Shown piece by piece: positions 37,999 through 50,633 of a stretch of DNA of 64,000 nucleotides. The DNA lies in contig NC_091471.1 of assembly GCF_036971445.1 (NCBI RefSeq), positions 200,694,001 through 200,758,000 on the forward strand, in the 5' to 3' direction. A model generated the notes under the pieces. It saw only the letters and a list, made by a program, of their open reading frames with translations. It searched no databases and was not told the origin of the DNA. Made by a program: the position numbers and the translations under genes. Positions within the stretch are counted from its first letter, which is position 1. Every line of letters begins with the position of its first letter. This DNA comes from Narcine bancroftii. Lineage: Eukaryota.

Positions 37999-38707
37999 CA
38001 ATTCCGACTATCCAAAGATTGGATTCTCCAAAATCCTCATTTATCCAAAAAAAAAGTTAAATTTTGGATAAATGAGGATATCAGAAACAAATAAGAAATC
38101 CTCATTTGTCTGAAATTTAACTTTTTTTTTGGATAAATGAGGATTGACCTCGTTTCAGATAACTTGCTCCTCTCTCTCCATTTCTTCTTTAACTTCCTCT
38201 ATTGAGTTTTCTCTCCAACTGCCTGCTTCTGCCTCCTAGCCTCAAGTGGTCGGAAGAATCCATTGTCCCGACATCATCAAAGAGAGTGGCCTCCTGGGCA
38301 AGAGCAGGGCCTTGAGTTCAGTGGCATTTTCTCCCCTCCTATCCTCTTCCCTCCATCACTCCTCGGCACACTGATTCCGAATCCTCCCCTCAGCTTACTT
38401 CCCTGGTGTGCTTGTGCGGTAGGCCTAGGAGAGGATTTGAAGTCAGGATTCGGGTACGGTTAGGAAGTCTCACTGATTGGCGGCCACGCTGGGTTAGTTT
38501 CAGTGATCGGAGGCTGCCAGCATTTTTTTGGTGAGAATTAAACATTGTTTTAATGCTCAAAAAGCCTTCCCTTGTACTTTGTTGTTGTTTAAACATTGAA
38601 ACAAGTAATTTACTATTGCTACTGGGGCGTTTAAAAATGACCAGTTCTCCAAAAAAATGTTTATCTGGCATAGGCCCGGTCCCAACCATTTCGACTGATC
38701 AGAGTTG
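37999..38707. mobile_element. Tc1/mariner (Tigger-like) MITE
   Basis: TA|CAATTCCGACTATCC...GACTGATCAGAGTTG|TA with imperfect TIRs. Confidence 0.65.
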
Positions 38708-38770
38708 TACTGTAATTGTGGTAACATTTGTTGCTGAATGGCATGACCACATTGAATTTAACCTTTATCG

Positions 38771-39077
38771 CAGTGGTCCTCCACCTTTTTCTTTCCATTC
38801 ACATACCACTTTAAGTAATCCCTATGCCAGCGGTGCTCTGTGATTAGTAAGGGAAATTGCTTAAGGTAGTATGTGGGTGGAAAGAAAAAATTTGAAAACC
38901 ACTGTTTTAATCGTACCTAATTGACTCGTTATGTGCACAGTTCCATAACTCCAAAGGAAATGGGCCAATGACAATTTTTCTCAAGCAAAATATTTCAGTA
39001 ACAATTGGGTCAAGAGCAATGATTCTCAACCTTCCTTGGTGTGTATGAGTGGAAAGAAAAAAGGTTGAAAACTACTG
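38771..39077. mobile_element. hAT MITE, longer composite form of the 35653 family
   Basis: CAGTGG...ACTACTG; internal palindromic unit 38771-38903 matches 35653-35780; flanks CTTTATCG/CTTTAAGG. Confidence 0.75.
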
Positions 39078-39927
39078 CTTTAAGGTCTTATGAAATTCAA
39101 AAGTTTAAAAAAAAGAATTTGCACCAGAGACAGCTCAATTAGTTACAGTACTGTGTGTCAATGTACATTCAGAATAAAAATAAGTGGCCAAACCCAGTTC
39201 AAAATGGGACAAAAAATGCGAAGCGACAATGGTAGAAACTCTTCACAAGGAAGCAGAGGAACATCAGTCTCCCCTCACTGTTGATGCTTCTCGACATGCA
39301 AGGACCAGGCAGCATGAAACAGAGCAGTAGCGAAACACCTGTCTCAGTGCTCAGGCCTCCAGACAGGCAAGGGGCAGGCAGCGGGAAACAGAACAGCCAC
39401 ACCAGGCCTGCCTCAGTGCTTAGGCCTCCAGATAAGGAGCAGGCAGCAGGAAACTTAGGAACAATGACAAGCCTACCTCAACGCTGATGCTGCCAGGCAT
39501 TCCATGTTTCAACCATTTAATAAACAACTTAGTGTTTTATTTACCAGGCAATGCCAGGTATCCTGCTAGTACTTAATAAATGCTCATTTGAACAAATGGA
39601 CAGGAGACAACAAAAGGGTGAGGTCACTAAGATAGCTAAAAAAAGGCATGTGGGATGAGAAACTGCAGACATTGGAATCGTAAACAAACAACAAGCAGCT
39701 GCAAGAGTTCAGAGATTTAGGCACCATCCATGGGCAGAAACTGTCAATCAACATTTAGGGCTGGGACCTTTTACTGAATTGTGTCCTTCAGTTTTAAATA
39801 ATTACCAATGAAACATATTAACACCAAACAAGGCCAAAATATAAATGGGAAAATAAAATTGGTAGAGTAACAGTAGTTCCTTTTTCTAACAAGTTCTTAT
39901 TTACAAAATGTTTGGTAATTAACTTAC

Positions 39928-40088
39928 CGCTTCAGTTGCTCTGCAAAGATGTACTGTGTGAAATCTTTCACTGTAGGGGCGAAATATAACAATTCGTGCA
40001 ACTCAATTCCCTTTGCAGCAATATCTTCACGAGAATTAAAGCGCAGAACGTAGAAAGGATGACAAACTGGACCAAACACTTCGAATAC
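39928..40088 (-). CDS. NAF1: NAF1 internal coding exon (161 nt), Gar1/Naf1 domain core
   Basis: aacag|GTA TTC GAA...CTG AAG CG|gtaagt translates VFEVFGPVCHPFYVLRFNSREDIAAKGIELHELLYFAPTVKDFTQYIFAEQLK(R), matching the NAF1 motif FEIFGPV.HPFYVLRFN...YFAP..KDFTQYIF.E.LK. Confidence 0.97.
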
Positions 40089-41923
40089 CTGTTAATTAAA
40101 GAAGATAAATAATACAAGCTTTTTGTTTCCAATTATAGCCACAAGCAGCATCAAGTACAGCTCTGGAATTATGAAGTCTTGTAAGATACCATTCATAGTA
40201 ATTTTTGAGGTGTTACCTCAATAATACAAGCAGAAATAAATGTGTTTAACTTCAAGATATTTTCTCAACAAGAAAGATAATATCATAACCCACTTCATAT
40301 TAAACTGATAAAACATTAACATCTCCATTTCCAAAGTATATAGATATGAATTGGGAACTGAAGTTCTCCACTGAGAGATTGCATACACATTATCTGCCTT
40401 GCTGCCTTATTTATCAATAATCTATCTCTTCTGTAGAATGCTTTAAAAATTGAATATTGCATTTTTTTTTGGTAGGAATGCATAGGTCGGCACAGTATTG
40501 AGGGCGAAAGAGCCTGTACTGTGCTATAGTGTTCTATGCTCAATCATTTTTCTCTCTCTGCGAAATATTTGTAGATACAAGCCAAATTGTCTATTCCTTT
40601 CCTTTTAAAACAATTTATCAATTTCTGAAATATTTCTAATAAACCATCTCAGCATGCTTGCAATTCATTACATCCTTCCTTAAATGAGCAGATCAAAGGT
40701 GTATGAAGTAAAACACAAAAGTCTGCAGATAGAGTGTGGTCTCAGGTCTGAAACATTGGTAATATTATGGACGCTGCAGGACCAGCTCAATTGCTCTGGC
40801 ATTTCTATGTTTTGACTTAGATCAAAGCTGTACACTTTAACACCTTTTACACTTGCATCCCACTAAATTGACTGTTCAGTGTCCCGGGATAGGAATGAAG
40901 TTTTTGCTGTTCATACTTGACCACTCTTAACTGGGACACTGCACGTGTTTACACTTGCAAGGAGCCATCCCCAGGGGTTCTACCTTCAACCAGTGACATT
41001 GTGATGCATTGAGCGATGGGGGACTTGCCTTAAATCCTGACCAATGAATATTTGAAGAAAATTAATCATGCCTAATTATAACATAACTTTATGTACAGCA
41101 CAGTTTGAGCCCTTCAGCCCCTGTTGTTGTTGTGCCAACCTATACAAATGTTTGTAAAGGACCATGGGAAAGTGCTAGCAATAAATAGCAGTAGCAGACA
41201 AAGTTGTTTGCGCTAATCGCATATAATTTATAAAGACCTTGGGGAAAAAGCAATGGCAGACCTGCCCTCCCAGAATTCTGTGCGGTAGAGAAAAGACTGT
41301 GCATGGCTGCATGCACGGAGCCCTCATGGAGGGGTTTCTCTGCCGCATGGCTTTCTGGAAAGTCCAACTTTCCCACGCTGTTTAAATATTGTCCGCTATT
41401 GCTATTTATTTCCTCTCTCTCTCTCTCTCACGCTGCAACTTTTTCATCACATTCCTGCATTCACACAAAAACTTGGGTCATTTCTGTCCTAGAATGCAAT
41501 TGCCTGTTCTACACTTGCTTGATTGGAACGCCGGCATCTGTAGGGTCAAGGCAATCTATCCCCAGCAATGAGATTATGTCATTTTATATCGGAGTTATGA
41601 CAATTTTCATTCCACACTAGCAATATTGTAAGCAAACTAAGGAGCTGATCATAGACTTCCAGAGGACGGGCAGAGCTCACTCCCCAGTCCTCATCAATGA
41701 TGCTGAAGTGAAAATAGCAGATAGCTTTGTTCCTAGGAGTAAACATTTCTCATGATGAGTCCTGGTCCATGATGCAATGGTGAAGAAACAAGAGGAAATT
41801 TAGCTTGCCTCCTGCAACTCTAACAACTTCCACAGATGTGTCATTGAAAGCATTCTATCAAATACATCATTGTGTAATATGGGAACTGCCCCACCCTTAA
41901 CTTCAAGAAACTACAGAGGATTA

Positions 41924-42285
41924 CAGATACACAACCCTTTATCCGGACTTCTAAAATCTGGAAAGCTTCAAAATTCGGCAAGTGGGGAGAAAGACAGCAG
42001 CGCGAGTCGAGCGGGCGAGAGACCGGCAGCACGGGTCAGGCGGGCAAGGTGAGGGGGGAGACCGGCAGCATGAGTCGGGCGGGTGGGGGGGGGGGGGGGG
42101 GAGAGACGGCAGTGTGAGTCAGGCGAGTAAGGTGGGGAGAGACAGCAGCACGACTAGAAGGGGGTGGGGGTGGATACAGCAGCACAATTCGGGTGGGCTT
42201 AAATATGGCTTTCCGAAATCTTGAAAAATCTGAAATTCAGAACACGCTGTCCCCCAAGGGTTCCAGATAAAGGATTATGTACCTG
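41924..42285. mobile_element. Tc1/mariner MITE nested in a Rex1-type fragment
   Basis: TA|CAGATACACAACCCTTTATCCGG...CCAGATAAAGGATTATGTACCTG|TA; GC-rich internal repeats. Confidence 0.8.
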
Positions 42286-42875
42286 TATGAACATGGCTCC
42301 AGCCATCATAAATACCCTGCCGCTTCCCTCCATTAATAACTCCTGTTGCCTTGGAAAATCAGCGAACACATTGAAAGACTCATCCCACCCTAGCTACACA
42401 TTCTCCATCCCTGCTAATGCAGAAGATTCACAAGTATGAGATCACATACTACCAGATTCAAGAACAGTTTTCTTCCCTCCATTATCTTCTTGAATGAGCC
42501 AAAATTTTGCCCTGTACCAACTGATCATTCTCTGTAATTCAGAACTTTTGTTCTGTCTTACTTGTTGTATTACGTTTACTGACTGACCTGCTCACACTAG
42601 AGCCTCTATCACTGCTTTTTTGATAAATGTGACATTAAACTTGAACTGATTATCCTCTGTTATTGTTGCTAATTACAATAATTGCATACTCCCCTTTTGC
42701 AAAATTATCTAAAAGGATATACTCTAAGGACATATTCTGTACTCTCTTAAAGCTTTATAGGTGCACCATGGAAAGAATAATTACTGGTTGCTTGGTTGGG
42801 TCATTCAAGTGCCAAGGAATACAAAAGGCTGCAGAAGGTAGCACTCATAGACAGGGCTATTAACATAAATATACA

Positions 42876-43095
42876 GGGTGGCATGGTTAGCACAATGCCT
42901 TTACATTGCCAGCGATCGGGACCAGGATTCCAATCCCACGCTGCCTGTAAGTACTTTGCATGTTCTCCCCATGTCTTTATGGGTTTTTTCCATGGGCTCC
43001 GGTTTCCTCCCATCGTTCAAAATGTAATTGTCTTTAAATTGGGCAGCATGGACTCGGGCCAAAATGGCCTGTTTCTGAGCTGTATGTCTAATTTT
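42876..43095 (+). mobile_element. tRNA-derived SINE
   Basis: GGGTGGCATGGTTAGC head, B-box-like GGATTCCAATCCC, core gttctcccc...ctccggtttcctcc, tail ctgtatgtctaatt. Confidence 0.75.
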
Positions 43096-43218
43096 TTTTA
43101 AATAAAGGACTCTGGTCACAACCTCTTCTCACTGCTACCTTTCAGAAGAAGGTTTATGTCTGAAAACCAACACCTCTAGGTTCAAGAACTGCTTTTTTCC
43201 AACAGCTATTAGACTCTT

Positions 43219-43832
43219 CAAGATTCAAGAACCCTTAAATATCATGTAGTAATACTTAAAATATAATTATTACAGAAAAACCATCAAATTTTGCCTGACC
43301 AAAAGACACACAAAGAGACACCACTAGGATTGCCCAGGACCCTAGCATTAAAAGGTAAGCAAAAGAGAGTCCCTTCAGAGACACTGAATCTCCATGAATT
43401 TGCCTTCAGCAGCCCACAGAATGGTTTGAGTCCTTCAGCTACTGAGATCCTCGCTGATCCACTGCCTTGGTCATCTTCCCTGTGGGATTGTCTTCCAGGC
43501 CTTTCCTTCCAATTAGGGGGTGTTTCTCCTGCTCTGGTGCCCTGCAGTAGCCGACTGACCCTCTGGAGCAGACAAATCCTCGTGGTCCACTGCCAAGCAT
43601 GGGCACTGCCATCTTGGGCACAAACCTCTGTGGTTTTCAAGATGTTCAAAAAAAGACATCCTCAGCCCCTTTAGAAGGCATTTAAAACACGCAGGGAGGG
43701 GCTCGTCAGCATTACAACCAGACAGCAGGACATTGCGGCGGAGCGCTGTCTTCACTACCCACAATAGCAGCAATGTGTCCACACCAGCGGCATTGCTGCC
43801 GTTACAACAGCTGCAGCAATGCGACCATTTTG
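43219..43832 (-). mobile_element. Second copy of the non-coding retroposon family (cf. 34101)
   Basis: Same CAAGATTCAA tail, gagtccct.cag..cactga block, gccatcttgggcaca block and CAAAATGG 5' end. Confidence 0.55.
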
Positions 43833-44344
43833 CTCATGTGACTCATGAACCACTCTTTGTCCTTTTGCTCTGAAAGACCAAAAGGACAGCGTATACTATT
43901 GCATGTCCCTTTTCTTTGCACTAGGATTACCGTGAATATTGTCTATTTAATCTATTTATTGACTCTTTTCATTCAATCAAGTTTACTGCCATAGTTGTTT
44001 TGTTCGGAATACATGTACTTGTTTAGTTGAAGCAAGTAAGAATTGTGATTCATATGTGCATTCAACAATTATATGACAATTCATTATCATTATATGTTGG
44101 ATCTTTGTCCATTCATTTAACTTACATGTGTCTCTTTGTACCCTCAAGTCCTCTAATAGAAAAGTACAACATAAGAATAGTTCTATCGGCTCACAGAATG
44201 TGCACCAGACAGGATGCAACAGGTGCTTTCACCATAACCCCGGCAGCCCATTACAGACCCCTGCCACTCTCTGTATAAAAAAATTCTTGCCCTGTAGCTA
44301 TTGTTTGAACTTCCCCCTTCATCTTGTGTGTATCTTTGGCAATA

Positions 44345-44780
44345 ATTGACACCAATATTGGAGAAAGTAAAAACTCCCATTGCAACCCTATTGGTTTTAT
44401 ATCTTTCCATAATCTGTCCATAAAACTGTTCCTCCACCCTCCGGTGGCTATTGTGAGCCATATAGTGTACCCCTATCAAAATGATTGTACCTTTCTTATT
44501 TTTAGTCCCTACCCACATTCCCTCTGTGGATGAGCCTGCCAGTATGTCCTGAGTACAGTTGGGAACATCCTCCCTGATTAATGATGCAAACCCTCCCCCT
44601 CTTTTACCAGTCTCTCTATCTGATCTAAAGCAGCAAAACTGAGAAATTTTGAGATGCCAGCCTTGTCCCTCATGCAGCCAATTCTCTGTACAGGCCACAA
44701 TATAATTTAACGACTGGTCCAGGCTCTAAGTTCATTTGCCTTATCATAATCCTTCTTGCATTGAAATAAATCCACTTCAA
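44345..44780 (-). mobile_element. CR1 LINE APE-endonuclease fragment
   Basis: ACTENWLHEG...FRSDRETGKRGGGFASLIRED...LIGVHY. Confidence 0.8.
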
Positions 44781-44784
44781 ATTT

Positions 44785-45425
44785 CAGATTTATTGACAGA
44801 AAACATACATGTCAGCACATAGATACCTGAGATTCTTTTTTCTGTGGGTGAGATAGAATTACCAATTATTGGTAGTGCAAAAAAAAACTGTACACAGCAT
44901 ATTCATGTAAACAAATAAAGATCTGTAAACAGATAACGAATGAATGTAAAAAAAAACTGAATGTGAAATACAATGAGAATTAAAAATATTCAATAAAGTG
45001 CACAAGAGTCTTTAAATTCATTCCTGATCGAGTTTGTGGTTGAGGAGTCTGATGGTAAAGGGTAGCAGCTGTTCCTGAACCTGGTGCTGTAATCTTGTGA
45101 CACCTTTACCACTTTCCTGATGGCAGCAGCGAGAACAGTGGCACCTTTACCACTTTTCTGATGGCAACAGCGAGAGCAGAGCACGCACTGGGTGGTGTAG
45201 ATCCCTGATGATTGCTGCTGCTCTCCGACGGCTGTGTTCCCTGTAGATGTTCTTAATAGTGGGGAGGGTTTTGCCTGTGATATCCTAGGCTGTCCACTAT
45301 TTTTGGAGGGTTTTATGCTCAGGGGTATCGGTGTCTCCAAACCAGACCATAATCCAGCCAGACAGCACACTTTCCCCCACACATCAGTAGAAATTTGGTA
45401 GGGTTTTTGGAGTCATACCCAACAG
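44785..45425 (-). mobile_element. Rex1/Babar LINE 3' fragment
   Basis: TRFRNSCYP motif and the shared 3' UTR; contains a ~41-bp internal tandem duplication near 45101-45180. Confidence 0.8.
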
Positions 45426-47458
45426 TCTCACTGATTTAATTAATTAGTTCCTTTCCATGATTTGTTTCAGACTTGCATGCCATAATATCTACCATATCCT
45501 CAACTCCTCCCCTTGCTGCCATGGTTCCCACCATCCTGCCGCTCAAAGGGCACTTCATAATGCATATATATATTTTAGACCTGCCTTACAGACATGCTTA
45601 TAACTCTGTTTTCTCATCTCCACAGTATGCTTCAAACTCCCAAATAAACTAATGGATGTACCAGCCATTCATAAGAAACATCTGTCTCATAGGAAATACT
45701 GTTGACTAACAGATAAAACTGACAAATCAGTAAAGAACACTCAAGACAAAAATACTAATACAGTGACAATGGCCAGTCTGAAGAAAGGAACAAGGATAAA
45801 TCATGGGTAGCCAATGTTTTAATGTTGAATTTAGACATACAGCATGGTAAAAGGCCATTTCGGCCCACGAGGACGTACTGAGGTAAATTGGGTGGCATGG
45901 ATTCATGCGCCGAAATGGCCTGTTACTGTGCTATATGTCTAAATTAAAAATTAAAATGTTGACCACGCCTTAAATTAAAACTTTAAACATTGATCATAAC
46001 CAAAAACTGGTATTTATGAAAAGAAATGTTTACAAAATTGATTTAACCAAGAACAAAATACATCAGTGATCATTTCATAGTTAAATTACCATAATCAGTG
46101 AACTTGAATAGCTACTTCCTAGAATTGGACATCGTTCTCCGCAGAACATCTTAATCAATTAATTTCAGATAAAGGGTAAGCAACTATTTACTCAATTTCT
46201 ATAAAATTAACCAACAGCTGCAGGCATATAAAAAACTGAAAATTCTTCTTTTGATCTGTCCCGTGTTCCATTTTAATTACCGTCATGCATTCACTTCAAA
46301 CAGGTTCAAATACTTGCGGCAGAAGAAGAGTATCTGTGTACTGAACAGTAAATAATATAGTTCACATAAAAAGAGTGATTTGCAGTTCAAAAAATAGAAA
46401 TAATTTGCATCAGAAACTAACTTCTAAGACATTGTTAGTCTTCAGTCTTCTGTAACTAATCATTCAACCATTAATTCTCAGAATAATTCTAACAGAGAAA
46501 ATCCCTTGGGTTTAGCACAGAAATCTGCCATTTTCTGAATCAAGTCATGCACCTAGAGGTAATAAATGATAGAACTTATAAATATGCTGACTTTATACTT
46601 AACTGATAGCAGAGAGATTCACAATGATTTTTTTTTAAATAGGTTATCTAAGGCATATTCTCTGCCATACAGCCTTAAAGTGCCATAGAAAATATCTAGA
46701 ACCTAAAATAAAATATTTCATTAGACCTGGCAAAAAATAATAATGCTCACCAAGCTAATAAATCATTAAAAAATATACCTTTCTTTGATATTCCACAGAA
46801 ACTATTACAAAAAATACACAATCCAGATGGTAAAAGATAAGTAGATCCATTGAGCTTAGCCTCAACCTATCTAAATCAGACTTCCATTCCTTGAGCATGT
46901 AACCTCCAGAGTAAAGAACAAGATCATATTGAAAATTTCACACAACAGATCAAGAGGAAAATAAAGTTAGGAAATTCCCCTCCACCTCTCTGAATCATTC
47001 TAAATGAATTCCAGAGATCACAGCAATCACTAAAGGTTCATCCAATATTATTCTTGCTTAATATACACTTGTATTAGTCTCCACCCTAAACATGGGCAGA
47101 TGCATTCCAACTTCTGCAAACACAGTTACATTAGTTACACGTCAACAATTTGTCCCAGAAATTAAACTTCTCCCAGTCAAACTACAAGCATCCACACGGA
47201 GACATCCTTATAATTATTTCAATTTATTCCAAAGTCTATTCTTTTTTGGGGCACAGTGAAGAGTCACAAAGCCTATTGTGGAAGCCAAATGTTTAAAATT
47301 ACAAATCAATTTAGTGGGACATCTTTGAAGCTTATCAGTCACTCCATATTGCTCACACAACTACTCAATGCTCAACGTAGTATTCCATAGAATGTACAAG
47401 ATAGTCTGTACAAGGAGACTGGGATTCTTTAGATTTTCCACTGAATTATCTTTGCTAT

Positions 47459-49781
47459 TGTGGCAGCAAGTGAACCGGCTCCAGCAGTCACGGGCGAGTC
47501 TGTAGCCAGCAGTGACTGGGAGGGTCCTGAATCCGGGCAGACCTCCGCCTGGAAGCCCACATCACTTCCTCCCCGCAAAGCACAGGGGTGGCTGGGAGCA
47601 GGTTCTTAAGTGTGTGCTGATTTAAACAGTAAACATTTTCAACTGGACCCTGCTCGACTCAGTGTTGCTTTCACTCGCTGCGATCAAAGCAACTACATTG
47701 GTGACCCCGAGAGTCCAATGGCATTTAGACCCAGCATGAACGACTTGGCCCCCCAGAATGCAATTTCCCTTAAATTGCCAATTTTCTGGTCTATGCAATC
47801 CCTGGTCTAGTTCACGCAAGCAGAGGCCCAGTTCTAGGTCAGGCCAGGTCAAAGAGATTACCTGGTCAGAGGAGGTGACGGCAGATTTTGAACAATCCAA
47901 GAATACATTAGCTCAACCCCCACTACCCTCACTGTGGAGGCCTCCAATGCGGCAGTTGGCGGCGTGCTCAGGCAGTTCATCGAAGACCAGTGGAAGCTGC
48001 TCATTTTCTTCAGCCGGCACCTACAACCCCCAGAACTCAAGCACTTTCAACAGGGAGCTGCTGGCCAGTGTCTGGCCGTCCAACACTTCAGTTATTTCCT
48101 GGAAGGGAGGGAGTTCACGATCTTCACAGACCACAAGCTCCTCACTTTTATGCTTGTCAAAGTGTCAGACCCGTAGTTAGCCTGTTAACAATGCCACATG
48201 TAGTATATCTCGGAGTTTACCACCACAATCAGGCACACCTCCGGAAAGAACAACATGGTGGCCGACAAGCTGTTGTGCACTTCCTTCCAATCAATGTACT
48301 CTCTGTCTCTGGGGGTGGATTATGCGGCATTAGCTGAGACGCAATGACTGGACTGCAAGATGCCAGCACACCGAATTGCAGTTTCAGGATTCTGCCTTGA
48401 AGGCATACCCTTTTTTGATGTGTCCACCAGGCAACCTCAGCCCATTATTCCAACTGCTTGGAGGTGCCGAATCTTCGACGCTTTACAGGGTCTTCCACCC
48501 TTCCATCTGGGCGACCATCCAGCTGATTGCAGATAGGTTCATGTGGCTTGGCCTACACAAGCAGGTTGGGCACTGGGTTAGGACATGCACAGAGTCAAAC
48601 CTCCAAAATCCAATGGCATGTGAAGGCCCCACTGCAATCCTTCCAGTCAACACACAGGTTTGAACATGTCCATGTGGACATCGTTGGCCCACTACTGGTT
48701 TCGAGAGGAGCAAGATACCTGTTCGCCATAGCAGACAGGCTTTCGAGGTGAGTACCAATTGCTGAGATGGCCACAGAGACATGCATCAGAGTCTTGATTA
48801 TGACCTGTGTGGCACAGTTTGAACTCTCAGCCCACGTCATTCTGGACAGGGTACACAGTTCACATCAGCCTTGAGGTCTACACTGGGACAACTCCTTGGA
48901 ACCCAGTTCCACCGAACGACTGCTTCAAGTGCCAGTGGAAACATAACAAGCATGAAGTCAGCCCTGATGGCACATCTCCAATGGCCAGACTGGATGGACA
49001 AACTTGCCTGGGTGTTGCTTGGCATCTGCACAGCACCTAAGGAGGACCTAACAGCATCATCAGCTGAACTGGTTTACAGTGCCCTGCTCACAGTTCTCAG
49101 TGAGTTTTTGCCAGCACCCCGTGGTCAAGGACATACCTACGACAGTCCTAACTAAACTCTGGGAGCGGCTTGGGACACTTGCCCCAGTCCCGACATTCCA
49201 AGATGGAACAACACCCTCTTTCATGCCCAAGGACCTACAACAGAGCAAATATATTTTCATTCGCCAAAGCCTGCACAGACCACCCCTGCAGTGACCATAT
49301 GAAGGACCCTGCAAGGTGTTGCACCATAATGGGACAACCTGCACTCTTGACATCGGAAGTTGTGAAGAGACTTACCATTGACTGTCTCAAGCTAGCGCAT
49401 CGAGACCTTGAATGCCCAGTTGCGGTGCTAACTCCACGACAACGAGGCTGGCCACCTAAAGTAACTGACAGTGTGCAGGCTGTGGACTCTGCACCTCCTA
49501 TCGCTGGTTCTGGGTGGGGGGGGTGGTGTTTCATGTGGTGGTTCACCCACGCAGCAAGCGAACTGGCTCCAGCAGTTGCAGGTAAGTTCACAGCTAGAGG
49601 TGACTGGGGGGGCTCTGAGCATGGGGCAGAACTCAGCCCGGGAAGCTGACATCACCTCCGTCCCCACGAAGAGTGGGGGGTTGCTGGGAGCAGGTTCTTA
49701 AGTGCATGCTGATTCAAACAGAAAACAGTTTCAACCGGACCCCGCTTGACTCAGTGTGTTGCTATCACTTGCTTGTCTACA
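47459..49781 (+). mobile_element. Internally deleted CsRn1-like Gypsy element (second family)
   Basis: LTRs at 47459-47697 and 49534-49781; perfect TSD CTAT; PBS TGGTGACCCCGA at 47699-47710; gag start LKLPIFW joined to RNase H (FTIFTDHK) and integrase (HVDIVGPL); G-rich PPT. Confidence 0.92.
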
Positions 49782-50019
49782 CTATATGGCGTGGTATCTT
49801 ACTGTCCTCGAAGGCCAGATCTCATCAATAAGCATTGTGCTGCATTTACGTTTATCTCTAAATCTTAGTCTGCAACTAAATTGCGATTTCAGTGTTTCAG
49901 AACCTTTCCCCCAGCAAAATACAAAGGTAATATATATTCATAACATAAGAGAATCCAAGAACAGGATCTCTGAATTTTGTGTCTGATCAGTTAGTTTTTA
50001 ATTGTTTTGGCATAATTAC

Positions 50020-50102
50020 CTGCCCAACTGAGCACCTGTTCTTTCTGAAAAGGAAAGTTTCCTCATTCACAGGTGGAATATCCTTTAGTGATTCAACAAT
50101 TA
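50020..50102 (-). CDS. NAF1: NAF1 internal coding exon (83 nt), Gar1/Naf1 domain
   Basis: Reverse complement reads tttgcag|TA ATT GTT GAA...GTT GGG CAG|gtaatt and translates (V)IVESLKDIPPVNEETFLFRKNRCSVGQ, resembling human NAF1 VIIESMTNLPPVNEETVIFKSDRQAAGK (recalled). Ends in phase 0, matching the next exon. Confidence 0.93.
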
Positions 50103-50633
50103 CTGCAAATAAACAGACAAATGCAGGAGTGACGTTAAAAAATTGCACACAACACAAATTCTAGCTTTCAATGTACTTTGAAACAAAATGTACTTGGAAA
50201 TTTTAATATACTGTACATCAGATATTTTATTTGAGATTTGAGCAGAAATGTGAAAGGTTAACTATTTTTCTCTCTAATGATCATGCCCAACCTGCTGAGT
50301 ATTTACAGGAGATTTATTTCCAGCAGCTTTATACTTGAAAGATATACTGCTCCACTTGTAAATCAGTAAATAGCTCAGCAAGGAATCATCTGAACTAGTA
50401 TATTTAGTCAATCATTCACCAGTAGCAATGTGTTGAGATAGAGTTTTGATTCGAAAAATCAACCGCCCACTGTCCTTCCCATCGCAAACGCTACCTGACC
50501 TGCTGAGTTCCTCTGTCAGTTTTTTTGGGTTGGGCAGTGTCATAAGCGCTTTTTTTTAAAAATTCCTTACAATTTAATTGATACATTCTGTTCAGAACAC
50601 CAATCAAGTTAAGATCAACAAACATAAATCAGT

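Larger units (their letters stand above)
37804..39569 (+). mobile_element. Non-autonomous Helitron carrying nested MITEs
   Basis: A|TCTAATATATA start; ends CCAGGCAATGCCAGGTATCCTGCTAG|T (degraded hairpin plus CTAG); no TSD; second copy at 60855-62194. Confidence 0.8.

Noticed and set aside
40830-41630. Possible Harbinger-like MITE (repeated TACACTTGC motifs)
   Set aside because: I could not establish matching TIRs or a TSD by eye.
42876-42950. tRNA gene
   Set aside because: It is the tRNA-derived head of a SINE, continuing into core and tail, and no cloverleaf was evident.
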